A DNA stretch of 51,479 nucleotides from Patescibacteria group bacterium (GCA_038064015.1 JBBTUB010000012.1:1-51479); one strand, 5' to 3'; positions 9,659-19,649 are shown, numbered from the stretch's first letter. The notes: generated by a model from the letters alone, not told the origin. Translations and numbers: made by a program.

Positions 9659-9992
9659 TCATGCCATCGTCATCGGCCTAGAAGGGGAGCTTGGCTCCGG
9701 TAAGACCACATTTGTGCAAAAATTCGCCAAAGCACTAGGAATTACGGAGCATATTACGAGTCCCACATTCGTTATTTTAAAAAAATATGGCAACCTAGTG
9801 CATATTGACGCGTATCGACTTAAGAGTAGCGAAGATCTCAAGAAGCTCGGTATTCAAGAACTCATCGAAGACCCCCGAAATATTATTTTCATAGAGTGGG
9901 CGGATTTAGTTGCTGATATTTTACCAAACGATCGTATCACGATACACTTTGAGCATGTCAGCGAAGGGAAAAGAAAAATTAGTATTGATTGA
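9636..9992 (+). CDS. tsaE: tRNA t6A37 biosynthesis ATPase TsaE
   Basis: LEGELGSGKTTFVQ, SPTFVILKKY and HIDAYRL are YjeE/TsaE signatures. Confidence 0.85.
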   Translation: MSQKPKTNHAIVIGLEGELGSGKTTFVQKFAKALGITEHITSPTFVILKKYGNLVHIDAYRLKSSEDLKKLGIQELIEDPRNIIFIEWADLVADILPNDRITIHFEHVSEGKRKISID

Positions 9993-12123
9993 TAGCAACG
10001 CGCTGGTGCATCGCGCATTTCACGCGTTGCCGCCCTTGACATCTCCAAAAGGCGTGGTAATAAACGCCGTTTTTGGATTTAGCTCGGTGCTGATCAAGAT
10101 GATCAAGGAGATTAAGCCGGACTACATCGTGGCGACGTTTGATCTTGCCGGACCGACGTTTCGTCATGAACAGTTTGAGCAATATAAAGCGAAGCGCGTC
10201 AAGGCTCCCCAGGAACTCTACGACCAGATCCCGCTGGTGAAAGAAGTTCTCGAGGGTTTTGGGATCCCGATTTTTACTAAGCAGGGCTACGAAGCAGATG
10301 ATCTTATTGGCACGATTGCCACGCGAATGAAGCAGGAGGCCAATATCCAGACGATTATCGCGACGGGGGATTTGGATACGCTGCAGCTTGTTGAGAGCGA
10401 CCATGTCGTCATTTTCACACTGCGCAAAGGCGTCCAAGATACGATGATCTATGACGAAAAGGCGGTTCGTGAGCGCTACGGCCTGAACCCGGACCAACTG
10501 GCAGACTATCGAGGACTTAAGGGCGACCCCTCGGATAATATTCCCGGAGTGCCGGGAATCGGGGAAATAACCGGAGCCAAGCTCATTCAAGAGTATGGAA
10601 GCCTGGAAGAACTCTATGAGAACCTCGATAAACTGCCTGAGAAACTAAAAGAAAAGCTGGAAGCTAACAAAGACCAGGCGTTTTTTTCCAAGCAACTCTC
10701 GGTGATCGTGACTGACCTGGAAGTGGATTTTTCGCTGGCCGGAGCAAAGTGGCGAGATCATGCGGATGTGCCAACGCTCGAAAAGCTTTTTACCGGCTTT
10801 GGATTTAAGTCACTGATCAAGCGGCTTGGGGAAATTGATTTGGGAAGACAGGGTACTTTACTTGAGGAAAGCGCTCCGCAAACGCTTGAGCAGCGATTCG
10901 CCGATCTTGGCATGCAAGATATTTATGAAAAGCTGGAGAAGCCGCTGGTGCCAATCCTCGAGGACATGCAGCGATGGGGGATTAAGATTGATACTAAAAT
11001 ATTGGAAAAACTTTTAGTGAGTACGAACAAGGAACTGGAGAAACTTGAAAAAGAAATCTATCGGCTTTCCGGGGTGACGTTTAATATCAACTCTCCAAGC
11101 CAACTTGGCGAGGTGCTTTTTAATAAGATGGGAATTACCGGAAAAGTCAGGAAGACAGGGAAAGGGGCACTTTCCACGGCCGCACCTGAGCTTGAGAAGC
11201 TTAGCGAGGATAATCCGATCATCGAGCCCATTTTGCAGTATCGCGAGCTTCAGAAGCTTAAAACCACGTATATCGAGCCTTTTCCGGCACTCGTAGCTGC
11301 CGATGGCCGCATCCACACGACCTACAACCAGACCGGCACGACCACCGGTAGGATTTCCTCGGAAAACCCGAATCTCCAAAACATCCCGATCCGCACCGAG
11401 CTGGGGCAGGAATTCCGCAAAGCGTTTATCGCGGAAGATGGCTACCTGCTCCTGTCCTGCGATTATTCCCAGATTGACCTTCGCGTCGTCGCGCACATCG
11501 CCAAGGATGAGAAGATGATTGCCGCATTTCGAAGTGGGGAGGATATTCACACGAGAACCGCAAACGTTTTGAATATTTCGCGACGTGAGGCCAAGGCGCT
11601 GAATTTTGGCATTATCTACGGAATGGGAGCGATGGGTTTTGCCCGCTCGGCCGGCGTGAATCGTACCCAGGCGCGGGAATTCATTGACGCCTACCTCAAG
11701 GAATTCAAAGGCGTGGCGGCCTACATGGAGGCTACGAAGCGGCAAGCGCATCGCGACGGCTATGTCGAGACACTCTTTGGCCGGCGCCGGGTGATCCCTG
11801 AGCTGTCATCCACGATGCCGCAGGTTCTGGCGGCAGGGGAGCGGATGGCGATTAATATGCCGATCCAGGGTACGGCGGCGGATATCATGAAGCTGGCCAT
11901 GATCCAAGTCCATGAATATTTACAAAAAAATTATTCATCCGATGATGCGCGGATGCTCTTGCAGATCCATGACGAGTTGGTGTTTGAGGTGAAACAAAAC
12001 CTCGTCCCTACACTTGCGCCCAAACTCAAAGAAATTATGGAGAACGTGCACAAGTTTGGCGTGCCGATTGTGGTGGATACGAAGGCGGGAAAGAACTGGC
12101 AGGAGATGTCGCCCATACAATAA
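9955..12123 (+). CDS. polA: DNA polymerase I (5'-nuclease plus polymerase; no 3'-5' exonuclease domain evident)
   Basis: LIDSNALVHRAFHAL and GDPSDNIPGVPGIGEITG mark the 5'-nuclease. RIHTTYNQTGTTTGRISS, DYSQIDLRV and QIHDELVFE mark the Pol A motifs. ATG 9955 gives 722 aa. Confidence 0.9.
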   Translation: MSAKGKEKLVLIDSNALVHRAFHALPPLTSPKGVVINAVFGFSSVLIKMIKEIKPDYIVATFDLAGPTFRHEQFEQYKAKRVKAPQELYDQIPLVKEVLEGFGIPIFTKQGYEADDLIGTIATRMKQEANIQTIIATGDLDTLQLVESDHVVIFTLRKGVQDTMIYDEKAVRERYGLNPDQLADYRGLKGDPSDNIPGVPGIGEITGAKLIQEYGSLEELYENLDKLPEKLKEKLEANKDQAFFSKQLSVIVTDLEVDFSLAGAKWRDHADVPTLEKLFTGFGFKSLIKRLGEIDLGRQGTLLEESAPQTLEQRFADLGMQDIYEKLEKPLVPILEDMQRWGIKIDTKILEKLLVSTNKELEKLEKEIYRLSGVTFNINSPSQLGEVLFNKMGITGKVRKTGKGALSTAAPELEKLSEDNPIIEPILQYRELQKLKTTYIEPFPALVAADGRIHTTYNQTGTTTGRISSENPNLQNIPIRTELGQEFRKAFIAEDGYLLLSCDYSQIDLRVVAHIAKDEKMIAAFRSGEDIHTRTANVLNISRREAKALNFGIIYGMGAMGFARSAGVNRTQAREFIDAYLKEFKGVAAYMEATKRQAHRDGYVETLFGRRRVIPELSSTMPQVLAAGERMAINMPIQGTAADIMKLAMIQVHEYLQKNYSSDDARMLLQIHDELVFEVKQNLVPTLAPKLKEIMENVHKFGVPIVVDTKAGKNWQEMSPIQ

Positions 12124-12132
12124 CTCCCCCGA

Positions 12133-12153
12133 CCCCTCTTACTTTAAGAGGGG
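12133..12153 (+). terminator. hairpin after polA (weak terminator)
   Basis: CCCCTCTTA-CTT-TAAGAGGGG; no clear U tract. Confidence 0.35.
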
Positions 12154-12234
12154 AGGAATTAATTGTTACAACACAGATAAGCTAATTTAACAAGCCCTAC
12201 CAGCCCACTCAAAAACTCGCTATACTAGCTCTAC

Positions 12235-13272
12235 ATGATGCCGTTTGAGCGCAGGCAAAAGAGACGAATACCCAAGAAGGCGATAATTATCGCCATAGTG
12301 GTTTTCATGCTGGCGCTGACGGGTTTTGCGGTGGCGAAGAAAAGAGATATCACGATCAGGAATCCAGCAGGGGCGGCGAAAATCCAGACACCGGTATCAA
12401 GCAAAGGCCAGCTGACGGGAACGGACTGTCCGCCGGCCGGCGAGACAGGCGAGAAGCCGATCGGGCGGCCGATGGCGGTCATGCTCGCGTCTGATCCGGA
12501 AGCCCGGCCGCTCGGAGGGATTGGCTCTGCCGACATGGTCATTGAGATGCCCGTGACGGAGGGGGGCGTGACGCGCATGATGGCGGTGTTCCAGTGCGCG
12601 CTGCCAAGTGAATTTGGCTCGATCCGCTCCGCACGCATGGACTTTATCCCACTGGTCAAAGGCTTTGACGCCCTCTACATGCACTGGGGAGGGGAGCATG
12701 ATGCACTTGCGAAGCTCAATGCTCGAGCAACAGATAATGTAGACTGCCTCAAATACGACGGCAGTGCGTGCCGCCGCAAAGCAAATCGCCCGATGCCACA
12801 CAACGGCTACTCAACGCCAAACTTGTTCTTAGACAAAGCAAAAGCGTTGGGACATGACATCGCCCGCCACGCCGTGAGTTATCTGTTTGATGCTAAAGCC
12901 AAGAGTCAAGGCACGATTGCTCCGCCCACGCTCTACGCCGGAGGCTTTCGCGTTACCTGGACGTATGATCCGGCAACCAACAGCTACGCCCGCGTGCGTG
13001 GCGGCACGGCGGAGATTGACCGACTTACCAACACTCAAGTCAAAGCAAGTAATATTATTTTTCTTAATACCACTTCCGAGTACGTCAATATTCTCTACAA
13101 TCGAGTAAAAACGACCGGAACTGGGACCGCGACCATCTACCAAAACGGGATTGAGCTAAGCGGTACTTGGGAAAAATCTGGTGATACCGGCAAGCTCACG
13201 ATCAAAGGCGCGGACGGTAAAGAAATCAAACTCACGCCAGGCTCTACGTGGTTTGAAATTGTAACGCCATGA
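12235..13272 (+). CDS. DUF3048-domain lipoprotein-like protein
   Basis: N-terminal TM segment. RPMAVMLASDPEARPLGGIGSADMVIEMPVTEGGVTRMMAVFQ matches the DUF3048 (YerB-like) N-domain pattern. Confidence 0.75.
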   Translation: MMPFERRQKRRIPKKAIIIAIVVFMLALTGFAVAKKRDITIRNPAGAAKIQTPVSSKGQLTGTDCPPAGETGEKPIGRPMAVMLASDPEARPLGGIGSADMVIEMPVTEGGVTRMMAVFQCALPSEFGSIRSARMDFIPLVKGFDALYMHWGGEHDALAKLNARATDNVDCLKYDGSACRRKANRPMPHNGYSTPNLFLDKAKALGHDIARHAVSYLFDAKAKSQGTIAPPTLYAGGFRVTWTYDPATNSYARVRGGTAEIDRLTNTQVKASNIIFLNTTSEYVNILYNRVKTTGTGTATIYQNGIELSGTWEKSGDTGKLTIKGADGKEIKLTPGSTWFEIVTP

Positions 13273-14069
13273 TCACGCATATCTATGGCACCGACACGTA
13301 TCGTGTCAAAGAATATCTCAAGGAGCATGCGGCCGGGGCAATCATCGGCGAGGATGGGTTAAAAATGCAGGGGCTATTTGATCAAGCACCGGTGATTCTC
13401 TATGACCCCCCGGCAAAGACCAGAATTCCTGAAGATCTGGAAGTTTTTATTGTTTCTGAGAAACCCGTCAAACGAACTGGCGGGTCCGCCAGCCCGGGTG
13501 GCGGAAAGCTAAAAGCTAAGAACGCCGTCGAGCTTAATATATTGAAAGGCGCGGAAATCATTTCGTGGATCAAGAGCGAAGCGAAGCGGCAGGGCTTTGC
13601 GATTGATGCCGAGGCGGTGAAGCTCTTGGCGCAAAACTATCGCGACACCTGGCAGACGAAGCTCACGCTCGATATGCTCTGCAACTATGCGGCAGACGCG
13701 ACGATACGCGCGCGTGATGTGACAATCCTGGCTCCGACCGTGTCTGAAGAAAAAATCTTTGACTTAACCGACGCGATCGCGGGCCGGCAGAAAGGACAGG
13801 CCGTGGTCCTCTTGTCTCGACAGCTTGAGCAGGGGAGTGACCCGTACTATCTCTTTTCCATGATCGTCGGACAGTTCCGCAATATGATCGCCCCAAAGCG
13901 CGCCGGCGTGCATCCGTACGCGTCGGGGAAAGCGGCTGGCTTCGCGAAGCGTTTCCAGCCCGGCGAACTACCTATCTTCTACCGGCGCTTGTCGGCCCTG
14001 GAGCATGGCGTCAAAGGGGGAGAGTATGATATAACCGATGGGCTGTATAAGTTTATTTTTTCGCTTTGA
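13269..14069 (+). CDS. holA: DNA polymerase III delta subunit-like (short)
   Basis: IYGTDTYRVKEY at the N-terminus; IFDLTDAIAGRQKGQAVVLLSRQLEQGSDPYYLFSMIVGQFRNM resembles the HolA C-terminal domain. 4-nt overlap with the upstream gene. Confidence 0.55.
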   Translation: MITHIYGTDTYRVKEYLKEHAAGAIIGEDGLKMQGLFDQAPVILYDPPAKTRIPEDLEVFIVSEKPVKRTGGSASPGGGKLKAKNAVELNILKGAEIISWIKSEAKRQGFAIDAEAVKLLAQNYRDTWQTKLTLDMLCNYAADATIRARDVTILAPTVSEEKIFDLTDAIAGRQKGQAVVLLSRQLEQGSDPYYLFSMIVGQFRNMIAPKRAGVHPYASGKAAGFAKRFQPGELPIFYRRLSALEHGVKGGEYDITDGLYKFIFSL

Positions 14070-15664
14070 ACTTTCAACATATCGGCAAAGCTTCGGATCT
14101 ACTCAAGCGCGGCGATCGGTACCTGTACCGGTTTTTTGAGATGGTTCCGGGTTTACTGACGTGGATCACACTCGGCGCGGTCATCGTATGCTCGTTTTTC
14201 TTTCCTACCGAAACTGCTCTTTTTATTATCGTCTTTGATATGTACTGGCTCGTCAAAACCGTCTACCTCTCGCTCCACCTGCGCGTCGCGTATTCCCAGG
14301 TCCGCAAGAATCTCAAAATTGACTGGCTCGCCGAAGTTGAAAAGCTGGGGACCGACTGGCATGATCTTTACCATCTTATCCTATTGCCTACGTATCGTGA
14401 GCCTTTGGAGGTGATTCGTGATTCGATCAAGGGCTTGCAAAAATCCCACTATCCCCAAGACCGCATGATCGTGGTGCTCGCCCAGGAAGAGCGTGCCGGC
14501 AAAGCGTGGAATGAAGAAATCGCTCGCACGCTCACCGAAGAATTTCAAGCTATATTTTTCAAGTTCATCGTCACCGAGCACCCCGCTGATATCGCCGGAG
14601 AGATTGCCGCCAAGGGCGCTAATATTGCATGGGCAGGCAAGCAGGTTGTGCGGGATGTAATCGATGCGGAGGCAATAGCGCACGATCGCGTACTCGTGTC
14701 AGTCTTTGACATTGATACGGTGGTCTATCCGGAATATTTCGCCCGCCTTACCCACGCGTTTTTGACCACCGAAAATCCGCTGCGCGCTTCCTATCAGCCG
14801 ATCCCGTTTTTCACTAATAACATTTGGGAGGCACCGTCGTTTGCTCGCGTCGTCGCGTTTTCCTCGACATTTTGGCAGACCATCCAGCAGGAGCGCCCGG
14901 AAAACCTGATCACGTTTTCAAGCCACTCCATGCCGCTGACCGCCGTGGTGGATATCGGCTTTTGGCAAGCTAATATGGTCAACGAGGACTCGCGGGTTTT
15001 TTGGCAGTGCTTCCTGCGCTACGACGGCGACTACAAGGTTGTGCCACTGTACTATCCCGTCGCGATGGATGCCAATGTTGCGCCGACGTCGCTTCGCACC
15101 GTCCTGAATGTCTACAAGCAGCATCGGCGGTGGAGCTATGGGAGCGAGAACGTGCCGTATTTTTTGTTTGGCTTCATCAAAAACCGCAAGATCGCGTTCC
15201 AAAAAAAATTCTTTTATACCTTGATGATCCTGGAGGGCTACTGGTCCTGGGCGACTAACGCGCTGATCTTGTTCTTACTCGGGTGGTTGCCGGGGTTTGT
15301 CGGGGGACCGGGGTTTAACGGCACCGTGCTGTCGTTTAACCACACCTACTTGAGCCAGACGATCATGCGACTCGCTTTGATCGCCCTGTTCACGCCGGTA
15401 TTACTCTCTTTGTTTATCTTACCGCCCCGTCCCCCCAAGTTCGGCAAATTTCAGTATTTCTGGATGGTCGTCCAATGGATCTTATTCCCGCTCACGACGA
15501 TTTTCCTCGGCTCGATCCCGGCGCTGGATGCGCAGACGCGGCTCATGCTAGGGAAGTATATGGGTTTCTGGATCACCCCCAAACATCGGCCTGGTGCCTT
15601 ATCCACAGAATCCGCGACCTCGGCGCATTCTGGCGTTGAGCGCTCCGTTCCTCCTTCCGAGTAG
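14066..15664 (+). CDS. membrane-bound family 2 glycosyltransferase
   Basis: N- and C-terminal TM bundles flank a GT2-like domain (LLPTYREPLEVIRDSIKGL, VFDIDTV). The start codon is non-ATG and uncertain. Confidence 0.7.
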   Translation: MNFQHIGKASDLLKRGDRYLYRFFEMVPGLLTWITLGAVIVCSFFFPTETALFIIVFDMYWLVKTVYLSLHLRVAYSQVRKNLKIDWLAEVEKLGTDWHDLYHLILLPTYREPLEVIRDSIKGLQKSHYPQDRMIVVLAQEERAGKAWNEEIARTLTEEFQAIFFKFIVTEHPADIAGEIAAKGANIAWAGKQVVRDVIDAEAIAHDRVLVSVFDIDTVVYPEYFARLTHAFLTTENPLRASYQPIPFFTNNIWEAPSFARVVAFSSTFWQTIQQERPENLITFSSHSMPLTAVVDIGFWQANMVNEDSRVFWQCFLRYDGDYKVVPLYYPVAMDANVAPTSLRTVLNVYKQHRRWSYGSENVPYFLFGFIKNRKIAFQKKFFYTLMILEGYWSWATNALILFLLGWLPGFVGGPGFNGTVLSFNHTYLSQTIMRLALIALFTPVLLSLFILPPRPPKFGKFQYFWMVVQWILFPLTTIFLGSIPALDAQTRLMLGKYMGFWITPKHRPGALSTESATSAHSGVERSVPPSE

Positions 15665-15780
15665 CTTTCGCTACACCTCAGTTCGGTACTCGCGCTCGCC
15701 TCAGACTGCATCCGATCTCGCGAATTCGCAGGAGCAAGAAATAGATTTATAGAAATTAAAAACGGTGACACATGGATGTG

Positions 15781-15821
15781 CCACCGTATAGGTGAACCGA
15801 GGCGATCCACCTATACGGTGG
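15781..15821 (-). terminator. hairpin downstream of pepE
   Basis: Perfect 14-bp stem CCACCGTATAGGTG / CACCTATACGGTGG (15781-15794 / 15808-15821). A second small hairpin and a T run follow on the minus strand (about 15756-15780). Confidence 0.5.
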
Positions 15822-15837
15822 TTGCGGCTCGGGGGAG

Positions 15838-16581
15838 CTACGGCGCTGCCAGGATAGCGCCCTCGATGTTTGTCTCATCCGAAATGTCGACGGGCTCCTT
15901 GCCAGGCAGGAAAAGCAGTGCGAGTTTGGGGCCGCCAAGACCGCTAACGCCCCTCTCGACATGAATCCACGAGCCCTCACGAAGTCCGACGACGGGCGTG
16001 GCGCTTTCCTCGTGGAACTCCCGGATCCGCTGCTCCCGAGTCTCGCCCATGTGCTGCGAGTTCGGGTCGAGGTCGAGGTAGTGCGGGTTGATCTGGTAGG
16101 GTACGAGGTCGAGGGCGTCGAACGTTCCGGGATTCACGATCGGCATGTCGTTCGTGGTACAGATCGTCGGACACGCCACGACTGTGCCCGCGCTAGCGCC
16201 GATGTAGGGGACACCTTCGTTGATCACCTGATGAGCGATCGCCCGCAGATTCCCGCTTCTCGCAAGCTCATGCTGAAGCCGAAAGGTGTTGCCCCCCCCT
16301 ACGAAGATCGCGGTGTCAGGCAGAGGCGCCCAGAGCTTTGCGGCCGTCGTATCCTTCTGGACGACATTATCCACCGAGATGAGCTCGATGCCCATGGCTT
16401 CGAAACGTGCACGAGCCTTCTCTGTGTATGCAGCCCAGTCCTTGAGGGCATAGGGCACGAAGACGATGCGCTTGATTCCTTTGAGGAAAGCCAGGATCGC
16501 CGACTCGACGTGGTCGAGATAGCCCTGACCGTGGTTGGTTGAGTTGCTGATCAACAGCGCGCGAACGCGAGAATTGTTCAT
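15838..16581 (-). CDS. pepE: peptidase E (S51 family alpha-aspartyl dipeptidase)
   Basis: LISNSTNHGQGYLDH, FVPYA and FVGGGNTFRLQHEL are PepE motifs. ATG 16581 is preceded by a strong AAGGAGG SD. GC is visibly higher than in the neighbouring genes. Confidence 0.8.
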   Translation of the reverse strand: MNNSRVRALLISNSTNHGQGYLDHVESAILAFLKGIKRIVFVPYALKDWAAYTEKARARFEAMGIELISVDNVVQKDTTAAKLWAPLPDTAIFVGGGNTFRLQHELARSGNLRAIAHQVINEGVPYIGASAGTVVACPTICTTNDMPIVNPGTFDALDLVPYQINPHYLDLDPNSQHMGETREQRIREFHEESATPVVGLREGSWIHVERGVSGLGGPKLALLFLPGKEPVDISDETNIEGAILAAP

Positions 16582-16637
16582 GCGTCCTCCTTCCAGGACA
16601 TGCAAAATCTATACTTATCAGCTCTTCCTGTCAATTT

Positions 16638-18674
16638 TTATTCAAAGTGAACGATTCGCTGCAAACGGGCAAGATTTTCCCGAAGCAACGGGTAACGCGC
16701 CAACGTCGGATCGTCTTTGAGGAGCGTCTTTGCTTCTTCGCGAGCTTGTTTGATGAGCCCAAGATCGGAGAGTGAGGCCATGGCGAGGTCGGGGATGCCG
16801 GATTGGCTGGTGCCCGTAAATTCACCGGGGCCGCGGATTTTGAGGTCCATCTCGGCAAGCTCAAAGCCGTTGTTCGTCTTTTCCATGGCTTTGAGTCGAC
16901 GAGTCATCGCGATTTCGGGCGAACTGGTAAATAAGAAGCAGTACGATTGGTGCGCGCCACGACCCACGCGCCCGCGAAACTGATGGAGTTGCGCCAACCC
17001 AAATCTTTCAGCAGATTCTATCATCATAATAGTAGCATTGGGGACGTCGACGCCGACTTCGATGACTGACGTGGCAACGATGATGTCGTACTTTTTTGCT
17101 TTGAAATCAGACATAATCTGATCTTTCTCTTTCGATTTTAATTTTCCATGCAACATCGCAACTCTTCTATGAGGAAAGATCGTTTTCGAAAGTTTTTCAT
17201 ATTCTTCCGTGACCATCTTCATCTCCGCCAAAAGCAACTTGCTTTTGGCGCCCTCGGATGACGGGGCAATCCTCGGACAAATTACAAAAACTTGCCGGCC
17301 TTGGATGATTTGTTCTTCGATAAATGCATAGGCTTCAGGGCGCTTTTCTTCGGGCACGACCCTGGTGATGATCTCCTGCCGGCCTTTTGGCTTTTCCTTG
17401 ATCAGCGATACATCAAGATCGCCATAGATCGTGAGCGCGAGTGTTCTTGGAATTGGCGTCGCCGTCATACTTAATAAATGCGGCACGAGTGTTTGCTCCT
17501 TGATCAGTTTCATTCTTTGTTTCACGCCAAACCGATGTTGTTCGTCGATAATCACCAGGCCAAGTTTTTTGAACGTTACCCCCTTCTGTATTATGGCATG
17601 CGTGCCAATGATGATGTCGGCGTCCGGATGTATTTTTTTGCTTCCGGTAAGCAGTCCCAGAGAAATACCCGGGGGGATAAGGTCTGATATCGTGGCATGA
17701 TGTTGATTGGCAAGCAGCTCCGTCGGTGCCATAAAAATTGCCTGATACCCGGCATGTGCCGCCTGGTACGCGGCGATGAGTGCTACGACGGTCTTGCCCG
17801 AGCCGACATCGCCATTGAGAAGGCGATTCATGGGATGGGGTTGGCTGATATCCTTGAGGATCTCAAATGCCGCGATACGCTGATCATTAGTAAGCGTAAA
17901 CGGCAGGCTTTTTACAAAATCGGCGATCAATTCTTTTTCAAATGCAATCGCCGGCGCGGCAAGCGCTTGCATCGCGGCCCGGTCTTGGAGCGTGCGAAGC
18001 TGGAGGAGTAAGAGCTCCTCGAAGGCAAAGCGTTTGCGCGCGGGCTCGGCGTCTGCAAGCTTTACCGGAAAATGGATCGCTTTGAGCGCAGACGTGTAAT
18101 CAGGAAAGTTGTATTTTGTTTGGATGTCAGGCGGCAGGGGATCAGGAATGTCGGTAAAATAATCTAAGAGCGGCTTGATAAGAAAGCGCAGATACTTGGA
18201 GGTCACGCCCTCAGTCTCCGGATAGATCGGCACGAGGCGCCCGGTATGACGTAGCTCCGCTTGGCTAATCTTTTCGTAGCCCGGGCTCGACAAAAATAAT
18301 CCGCGCTTATCAAGCCCCACTTTGCCGGACAAGCTCACCAGGGTGCCGATGGGAAATGTAGCCTCAAGATAGGGCTGGTTGAACCACACGACCCGAATGC
18401 CACCCGACGCATCACTGACCATCGCGCTGGTAATCGTGATGTTTTTCTTCCACGAGCGTACGGTCTCGATTTTTACCACTTCGCCCTGGACGCTCACGAC
18501 CTCACCGGCAGTTTCAATCGCTCCAATTTCAATCACATTGCTAAAATCTTCGTAGCGCGCCGGAAAATGCCGGATCAAGTCGCCGACGGTAGTAATCCCA
18601 AGCCGCCGCAGCCGCGGCAACATCCGCGGCCCGACATGGTGGAGTTTTTCGATGGGTAAATCAAGAGAAATCAT
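16638..18674 (-). CDS. recG: ATP-dependent DNA helicase RecG
   Basis: 678 aa with an OB wedge domain, GDVGSGKT, DEQHRFG and QLHQFRGRVGRG. Confidence 0.95.
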   Translation of the reverse strand: MISLDLPIEKLHHVGPRMLPRLRRLGITTVGDLIRHFPARYEDFSNVIEIGAIETAGEVVSVQGEVVKIETVRSWKKNITITSAMVSDASGGIRVVWFNQPYLEATFPIGTLVSLSGKVGLDKRGLFLSSPGYEKISQAELRHTGRLVPIYPETEGVTSKYLRFLIKPLLDYFTDIPDPLPPDIQTKYNFPDYTSALKAIHFPVKLADAEPARKRFAFEELLLLQLRTLQDRAAMQALAAPAIAFEKELIADFVKSLPFTLTNDQRIAAFEILKDISQPHPMNRLLNGDVGSGKTVVALIAAYQAAHAGYQAIFMAPTELLANQHHATISDLIPPGISLGLLTGSKKIHPDADIIIGTHAIIQKGVTFKKLGLVIIDEQHRFGVKQRMKLIKEQTLVPHLLSMTATPIPRTLALTIYGDLDVSLIKEKPKGRQEIITRVVPEEKRPEAYAFIEEQIIQGRQVFVICPRIAPSSEGAKSKLLLAEMKMVTEEYEKLSKTIFPHRRVAMLHGKLKSKEKDQIMSDFKAKKYDIIVATSVIEVGVDVPNATIMMIESAERFGLAQLHQFRGRVGRGAHQSYCFLFTSSPEIAMTRRLKAMEKTNNGFELAEMDLKIRGPGEFTGTSQSGIPDLAMASLSDLGLIKQAREEAKTLLKDDPTLARYPLLRENLARLQRIVHFE

Positions 18675-18683
18675 ATCTGAATA

Positions 18684-19535
18684 CTAAGATAACTTAATTG
18701 CCGCTAGAATCATGATTCCTGCCGCCACAAAACGGACCGCATAGATACGGATAGTGTGCTTTTCCAGAAGAGCCGGGGCAAATGTTGAGAACAGGAAGGC
18801 GAAGATCATAGAAAAGGGGATCGAGATAATGGCGGAAGAGATAGTCACATTTGCACTGAAGGCCTTATTCGCCGCCAAGTCCCCAAAGGCACTCAGAAGT
18901 CCAGTTATGATTGCGCCAGAATAATTTCTTATCGGTGTTTTACGCAAGTCTTTGTAAAAAAGAGGAAGTGTACTGAGAGAGAAAATTGTAGCAATAAGTG
19001 CCATCCAAAGTGAGGTTGTCCAAAAGCCGTTAGCGGCAATTGAATTTTTTATTGTGAAGCCAAAGATGGCTGAAGTAAAAACGGCAAGCATTCCAAGCAT
19101 GCTTTGTTTTCGGAAGAAGGCTTTGAGTCTGAAATGTTCGTCTATGTTCAAAAAGATACCTGCAGTGAAGATGATCCCAATGAGCAGGTATTGGCCGCCC
19201 GTGAGAACTTCGCTTAAAAAGGCGGCGCCAAGTAGAGCGGTAAAAACAGATCGGAAGTTATAGAGTGGACCAATGACGGATACATCTAACTGATTAAGTG
19301 CGAGGATATATAGCGTCCCTACGAGAAACGCAAAGAAACCAGCCAGTGCTATGCTTCCCCAAGCCACCGGCATCGGAGCGTGATATGTGAGTGCGATCGG
19401 GAGAATACCAATCAAAATGAAAAACTCCCAAACAAAGTGAAATAGCCATGGATTGGCAACCCGATGTCGTATTGTTAATTTCCCAGTTATGGCATTGACG
19501 CCATAAATTATGGAGGCAATCCAAGCGTAGAACAT
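18684..19535 (-). CDS. EamA/DMT-family transporter
   Basis: About 10 predicted TM helices in a two-fold repeat pattern typical of EamA. Confidence 0.75.
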   Translation of the reverse strand: MFYAWIASIIYGVNAITGKLTIRHRVANPWLFHFVWEFFILIGILPIALTYHAPMPVAWGSIALAGFFAFLVGTLYILALNQLDVSVIGPLYNFRSVFTALLGAAFLSEVLTGGQYLLIGIIFTAGIFLNIDEHFRLKAFFRKQSMLGMLAVFTSAIFGFTIKNSIAANGFWTTSLWMALIATIFSLSTLPLFYKDLRKTPIRNYSGAIITGLLSAFGDLAANKAFSANVTISSAIISIPFSMIFAFLFSTFAPALLEKHTIRIYAVRFVAAGIMILAAIKLS

Positions 19536-19556
19536 ATCAGCAGTGTATCATTTTTG

Positions 19557-19628
19557 TGCACCCGAGAGGAATCGAACCCCTATCAGATCCTCCGCAAGGA
19601 TCCGTCCTATCCGTTGAACGACGGGTGC
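19557..19628 (-). tRNA. tRNA-Arg (anticodon GCG)
   Basis: Folded by hand. Acceptor GCACCCG/CGGGTGC, D stem GTTC/GGAC, anticodon arm GATCC-TTGCGGA-GGATC, T arm AGGGG-TTCGATT-CCTCT, discriminator A. No encoded CCA. Confidence 0.85.
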
Positions 19629-19649
19629 GTCTTGTAACTAACTCAAAGC

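Noticed and set aside
11014-11751. 245-aa minus-strand ORF
   Set aside because: It is antisense to the catalytic core of polA.
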